DNA of 64,000 nucleotides. Origin: an uncultured beta proteobacterium (lineage in GTDB: Bacteria > Pseudomonadota > Gammaproteobacteria > Burkholderiales > Burkholderiaceae_C). The stretch's first letter is position 1, and each line of letters opens with the position of its first letter. Positions 59,778 to 64,000 of the stretch are shown piece by piece. The stretch lies in contig CAIRAW010000038.1 of the NCBI GenBank assembly GCA_903876735.1, forward strand, positions 94,932 to 158,931, written 5' to 3'. Both the position numbers and the translations under genes were made by a program. The notes under the pieces are model-generated. The model was not told the origin of the DNA and ran no database searches. It saw only the letters and a program-made list of their open reading frames with translations.

Positions 59778-60901
59778 AATACATTGACGAATTCCGCGAC
59801 GGCGAGGTCGCCCAGACCATCGCCCGCAAGATCGCCGCCACGGTGGAGCCGGCGCGGCGCTACAGCTTCATGGAATTCTGCGGCGGCCACACGCACGCCA
59901 TCTCGCGCTACGGCCTGTCAGACCTGTTGCCCGAGAACGTGCGCATGGTGCACGGCCCGGGCTGCCCGGTCTGCGTGCTGCCGATCGGGCGCGTCGATCT
60001 GGCGATCAATCTGGCGCTCACGCGCGACGTCATTCTGTGCACCTATGGCGACACGCTGCGCGTGCCGGCGTCTGATGGCCTGTCGCTGATGAAAGCCAAA
60101 GCGCGCGGCGGCGACATCCGCATGGTGTATTCGACGCTGGACGCGCTGCAGATCGCACGCGACAACCCGCAGCGCGAAGTTGTCTTCTTTGCCATCGGCT
60201 TTGAGACCACGACGCCGCCAACGGCCCTCGCCATCCAGCAAGCACAGCAGGAGCAACTCGCCAACTTCAGCGTGCTGTGCTGCCACGTGCTGACACCGGC
60301 GGCGATCAGCCAGATTCTGGAGTCGCCCGAAGTGCGGCAATGGGGCACGGTGCCGATCGACGGTTTCATCGGACCGGCCCATGTCTCGACCGTGATCGGC
60401 AGCCGGCCCTATGAGTTCTTTGCCGAGGAGTACCGCAAGCCGGTGGTGATCGCGGGCTTTGAGCCGCTCGACGTGATGCAGGCGATCCTGATGCTGGTGC
60501 GCCAGGTCAACGAAGGCCGCGCTGAAGTGGAGAACGAATTCTCACGCGCCGTCACACGCGATGGCAACCTCAAGGCGCAGGACCGGGTTGCCGAAGTGTT
60601 CGAACTGCGCAGCGAATTCGAGTGGCGCGGCCTGGGCATCGTGCCCTATTCGGCCTTGCAGATCCGCGCGCCCTACGCCGCCTTCGACGCCGAGCGCCGC
60701 TTTGATCTGGTCTACACCTCGGTTCCCGACAACAAGGCCTGCGAATGCGGCGCCATCCTGCGTGGCGTCAAGCGGCCGCAGGACTGCAAGATTTTCGGCA
60801 CCGTCTGCACGCCGGAAAATCCGATCGGCTCCTGCATGGTCAGCAGCGAAGGCGCTTGCGCCGCGCACTACAGCTACGGCCGCTACAAGGACATGAACTG
60901 A
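59774..60901 (+). CDS. hypD: Hydrogenase maturation protein HypD
   Basis: From VKYIDEFRDGEVAQ.. (GTG at 59774, GTGA overlap with the hypC stop), with FCGGHTH and GPGCPVCV motifs. The long upstream part of the track ORF (from 59111) overlaps hypF and is rejected. Confidence 0.9.
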   Translation: MKYIDEFRDGEVAQTIARKIAATVEPARRYSFMEFCGGHTHAISRYGLSDLLPENVRMVHGPGCPVCVLPIGRVDLAINLALTRDVILCTYGDTLRVPASDGLSLMKAKARGGDIRMVYSTLDALQIARDNPQREVVFFAIGFETTTPPTALAIQQAQQEQLANFSVLCCHVLTPAAISQILESPEVRQWGTVPIDGFIGPAHVSTVIGSRPYEFFAEEYRKPVVIAGFEPLDVMQAILMLVRQVNEGRAEVENEFSRAVTRDGNLKAQDRVAEVFELRSEFEWRGLGIVPYSALQIRAPYAAFDAERRFDLVYTSVPDNKACECGAILRGVKRPQDCKIFGTVCTPENPIGSCMVSSEGACAAHYSYGRYKDMN

Positions 60902-61966
60902 ATGACTGACGTCAAACGCGGCTACGTCCGCCCGCTGGACCTCAAGCACGGTCGCGTCGATCTGACGCACGGCTCGGGTGGTCGCGCCATGGTGCAACTG
61001 ATCTCGGAGTTGTTCGCCAAACACCTGGGCAACGAATACCTGGGCCAGGGCAATGACGGCGCCGTGCTGCCAGCACCGATGCTGAACGGCAGAGTAGCGC
61101 GCATCGTGATGTCCACCGACAGCCATGTGGTCTCGCCCTTGTTTTTCCCCGGTGGCGACATCGGTTGCCTGTCGGTGCACGGCACGGTCAACGATGTCGC
61201 GGTGATGGGCGCCACGCCGCTCTACCTGGCAGCAGGATTCATCCTGGAAGAAGGCTTTGCGCTGAGTGAGCTGGCGCGCATTGTCGAATCCATGGCGCAG
61301 GCCGCGCGCACAGCCGGCGTGCCGGTGGTCACCGGCGACACCAAGGTGGTGGAGCGCGGCAAGGGCGACGGCGTCTTCATCACCACCACCGCAGTCGGTG
61401 TCTTGCCCGATGGTCTGGAACTCGGCGGCAACCGCGCCCGACCCGGTGATGTGGTGCTGGTCTCGGGCTCGATCGGCGACCATGGCGTGGCCATCATGAG
61501 CCAGCGCGAGAACCTGCGCTTTGATGCCCCGATCCTCTCCGACACCGCAGCGCTCAACGGCCTGATCGCCGCGATGCTCGCAACCAACGCCGACATCCGC
61601 TGCCTGCGCGACCCGACACGCGGCGGCCTGGCCGCTACGCTCAACGAGATCGCCGGCCAGTCCGGTGTCGGCATGATGCTGCACGAAAAAGCGATTCCCG
61701 TGAAACCGGTGGTGGCAGCGGCCTGCGAACTGCTCGGGCTCGATGCGCTCAACGTCGCCAACGAAGGCAAGCTGATCGCCATCTGCGGAGCAGCCGACGC
61801 GCCGCGCCTGCTGGCTGCCATGCGCGCGCATCCGCTCGGCGCGGACGCCGCCCTCATCGGTGAGGTGATTGCCGACGCCCATCACTTCGTGCAGCTGACC
61901 ACCGCCTTCGGTGGCCGGCGCATCGTCGACTGGCTGGCCAGCGATCAACTGCCGCGCATCTGCTGA
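60902..61966 (+). CDS. hypE: Hydrogenase maturation protein HypE (carbamoyl dehydratase)
   Basis: 354 aa, AIR-synthase-like fold, C-terminal PRIC motif. Confidence 0.95.
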   Translation: MTDVKRGYVRPLDLKHGRVDLTHGSGGRAMVQLISELFAKHLGNEYLGQGNDGAVLPAPMLNGRVARIVMSTDSHVVSPLFFPGGDIGCLSVHGTVNDVAVMGATPLYLAAGFILEEGFALSELARIVESMAQAARTAGVPVVTGDTKVVERGKGDGVFITTTAVGVLPDGLELGGNRARPGDVVLVSGSIGDHGVAIMSQRENLRFDAPILSDTAALNGLIAAMLATNADIRCLRDPTRGGLAATLNEIAGQSGVGMMLHEKAIPVKPVVAAACELLGLDALNVANEGKLIAICGAADAPRLLAAMRAHPLGADAALIGEVIADAHHFVQLTTAFGGRRIVDWLASDQLPRIC

Positions 61967-61975
61967 CACCACGCC

Positions 61976-63688
61976 ATGCGCATCCTGCTGCTGACGCACG
62001 CCTTCAACAGCCTGACGCAGCGGCTCAGCGCAGCGTTGCTTGAGCGCGGGCACCAGGTCTCGGTCGAGTTCGACATTGCGGACAGCGTCACCGAAGAAGC
62101 GGTCGCACTGTTCAACCCGGCGCTGATCATCGCGCCCTACCTGCGCCGCGCCATTCCCGAATCCATCTGGTCGCGCCATGTGTGTCTGATCGTGCACCCC
62201 GGCATTGTGGGTGACCGTGGCCCGTCGGCGCTGGACTGGGCGATTCAAAACCAGGAAATCGACTGGGGTGTCACGGTGCTGCAGGCGCAGGCGGAGATGG
62301 ACGCGGGTGCAGTCTGGGCCAATGTTGGGTTCCCGATGCGCGCAGCCAAAAAGTCCAGCCTGTATCGCCATGAAGTGACGCAGGCCGCCAGCGAGGCCGT
62401 GCTGCTGGCGCTGCAGCGCTTCGCGTCCGGCAGCTTCGTGCCGCAGGCGCAGGCCGAGATGGCGGCGCGCGGCTGTGCGCGGCCAATGATGCAACAGACC
62501 GATCGGCATATCGACTGGACGAGCGACGACACAGCAAGCGTGCTGCGCAAGATGGGTGCTGCCGATGGTTTTCCGGGGGTGGCCGACGCCCTGTTCGGCC
62601 AGCCCTGCCAGCTGTTTGACGCCTGGCCCGAAGCGACGCTGCGCGGCGCGCCCGGTGAGATCATCGCGCGGCGTGAGACGGCGCTGCTGCGCGCCACGGT
62701 CGACGGCGCGGTCTGGATCGGCCACGTCAAACGCGCGGACAGCATCAAGCTGCCGACCACACTGGCTTTCGAGAGCGAATCGCAGGCCATCGCCGAAGCG
62801 CCGCTGCAAGGCTACTGGCGCGTCAAGACCCCGACCTGGCAGGATATTACCTATGAGGAAAGCGGCGCGGTCGGCACGCTGCATTTTGAGTTCTACAACG
62901 GCGCGATGTCGACCCGGCAATGCGAGCGCCTGCGCGCCGCACTGGTCTGGGCCAAGCAGCGTCCGACCACGGTTCTGCTGCTCATGGGCGGCGCTGATTT
63001 CTGGTCCAACGGCATCCACCTCAATGTGATCGAGGCGGCCAGCCTTAGCGGCGGTTCTGCCGCTGACGAATCCTGGCGCAACATCAACGCCATGAACGAT
63101 CTCACGCTTGAAGTGATTGACACCGGGCAGCAGCTCACGGTGGCGGCACTCGGCGGCAACGCCGGCGCCGGTGGCTGCTTTCTCGCGCGCGCCTGCGACC
63201 TGGTCTGGGCCCGCGAAGCGGTGCTGCTCAATCCGCACTACAAGAACATGGGCAATCTGTACGGCTCGGAATACTGGACCTACTCCCTGCCCCGGCGCGT
63301 CGGCCTGGACGCGGCGCAGGCGATCATGCGCAAGCGCGAGCCGTTGACCGCCCGACACGCGCTGATCATTGGTTTCAGTGATGCCTGCCTGAGCGGCGAC
63401 GCGCCAACCTTTCGCGCCGATGTGGCGCTGCGTGCCGCCGAACTCGCAGCCGCGCCTGAGCGGCCCGCACGACTCGCCGCAAAACGGGAGACCCGCGCGC
63501 GCGACGAAGCCCTCAAGCCGCTGGCCGCCTACCGCGCCGAAGAGATGATGCAGATGCGGCGCAATTTCTACGGCTTTGACCCGAGCTACCACGTGGCACG
63601 CCATCACTTCGTGCGCAAGTCACCGGCCTCCTGGACGCCACGACATCTGGCACTGCACCGGGATTTAAACTGGAAGGCGCAAGCTTGA
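61976..63688 (+). CDS. hypX: HypX/HoxX hydrogenase maturation factor (formyltransferase-like N-domain + crotonase-like C-domain)
   Basis: 570 aa. MRILLLTHAFNSLTQRL.. and ..HPGIVGDRGPSALDWAI.. form the N10-formyl-THF transferase-like half. ..LLLMGGADFWSNGIHLN.. forms the enoyl-CoA hydratase-like half. Located at the end of the hyp cluster. Confidence 0.85.
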   Translation: MRILLLTHAFNSLTQRLSAALLERGHQVSVEFDIADSVTEEAVALFNPALIIAPYLRRAIPESIWSRHVCLIVHPGIVGDRGPSALDWAIQNQEIDWGVTVLQAQAEMDAGAVWANVGFPMRAAKKSSLYRHEVTQAASEAVLLALQRFASGSFVPQAQAEMAARGCARPMMQQTDRHIDWTSDDTASVLRKMGAADGFPGVADALFGQPCQLFDAWPEATLRGAPGEIIARRETALLRATVDGAVWIGHVKRADSIKLPTTLAFESESQAIAEAPLQGYWRVKTPTWQDITYEESGAVGTLHFEFYNGAMSTRQCERLRAALVWAKQRPTTVLLLMGGADFWSNGIHLNVIEAASLSGGSAADESWRNINAMNDLTLEVIDTGQQLTVAALGGNAGAGGCFLARACDLVWAREAVLLNPHYKNMGNLYGSEYWTYSLPRRVGLDAAQAIMRKREPLTARHALIIGFSDACLSGDAPTFRADVALRAAELAAAPERPARLAAKRETRARDEALKPLAAYRAEEMMQMRRNFYGFDPSYHVARHHFVRKSPASWTPRHLALHRDLNWKAQA

Positions 63689-63767
63689 GAAATATCAGGG
63701 CCCAAAGTCGGATAGAGGCTTGATTCGGGCTTATCCTTGAGCTTTGATTTCTCTCACAGGAGTTTTC

Positions 63768-64000
63768 ATGTCGAATGCGATACGCCGCATCGCCGTCTGC
63801 ACTGGCGGCGGTGATGCCCCAGGGCTCAATGCGGTCATTCAGTCCGTGGTCATAGCAGCCGCCAATCGCGGCTGGGAGACCTACGGCATCCGCGACGGCT
63901 TCAACGGCATCCTGTTTCCGGAGCGCTACCCGGAAGGCGGCGTCACGCGCCTGACGCACGACCGGGTGCGCGGCATCGGCCACCTCGGCGGCACCATTCT
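63768..64000 (+). CDS. 6-phosphofructokinase family protein (ATP- or PPi-dependent), 5' part only
   Basis: My translation from the ATG at 63768 (RBS acAGGAG) reads MSNAIRRIAVCTGGGDAPGLNAVIQSVV..IGHLGGTI, which carries the PFK GGDAPGLNA motif. The frame runs off the right edge. Confidence 0.75.
   Translation, partial: MSNAIRRIAVCTGGGDAPGLNAVIQSVVIAAANRGWETYGIRDGFNGILFPERYPEGGVTRLTHDRVRGIGHLGGTI

Overview
GC-rich, gene-dense chromosomal segment of a proteobacterium. Gene content, REP-type palindromes and operon style look betaproteobacterial/Burkholderiales-like, but that assignment is inference only. About 55 protein genes are present, and nearly all can be assigned from motifs visible in the supplied translations. 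I saw no rRNA, tRNA, CRISPR array, transposase, integrase, phage gene or recognisable defence gene. Left to right: (1) a 3'-truncated DctB-like sensor kinase divergent from a DASS anion transporter. (2) A minus-strand peptide-type ABC importer (family-5 binding protein, 2 permeases, 2 ATPases) plus an amidase-signature enzyme, behind a consensus sigma-54 promoter. (3) hutU-hutH followed after 53 nt by a Liv/HAAT-type ABC importer, divergent from hutC-hutD-hutI-hutG-hutF and a DMT/EamA permease with a very His-rich tail. (4) A membrane PAS-GGDEF-EAL protein. (5) A lactate island, lutA-lutC-lutB-dld(fused FAD/Fe-S)-lctP, with divergent lldR and two TGGTATTACCA operators. (6) A hemerythrin and an orphan type I dehydroquinase. 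(7) A short-chain acyl-CoA module in two operons (satP-thiolase-hbd; ETF-QO, long acyl-CoA dehydrogenase, But-like CoA-transferase) flanking a soluble hybrid kinase/OmpR-type regulator pair; each operon is preceded by a copy of the same 58-nt element. (8) hupE and a complete Hyb-type [NiFe] hydrogenase cluster, hybOABCD-hybG-hybE-hypABFCDE-hypX, with a sigma-54-type promoter. (9) The start of a phosphofructokinase. I do not see a clear-cut novel multi-gene system. The best second-look items are the duplicated 58-nt element and its kinase/regulator pair, the sigma-54-driven standard-type hydrogenase carrying hypX with a REP palindrome abutting the hypF start codon, the His-rich EamA permease appended to the hut operon, and the Liv-type transporter fused to hutUH. 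All coordinates were anchored on the supplied ORF track. Start codons were moved inward where the track ORF begins at an upstream alternative codon.
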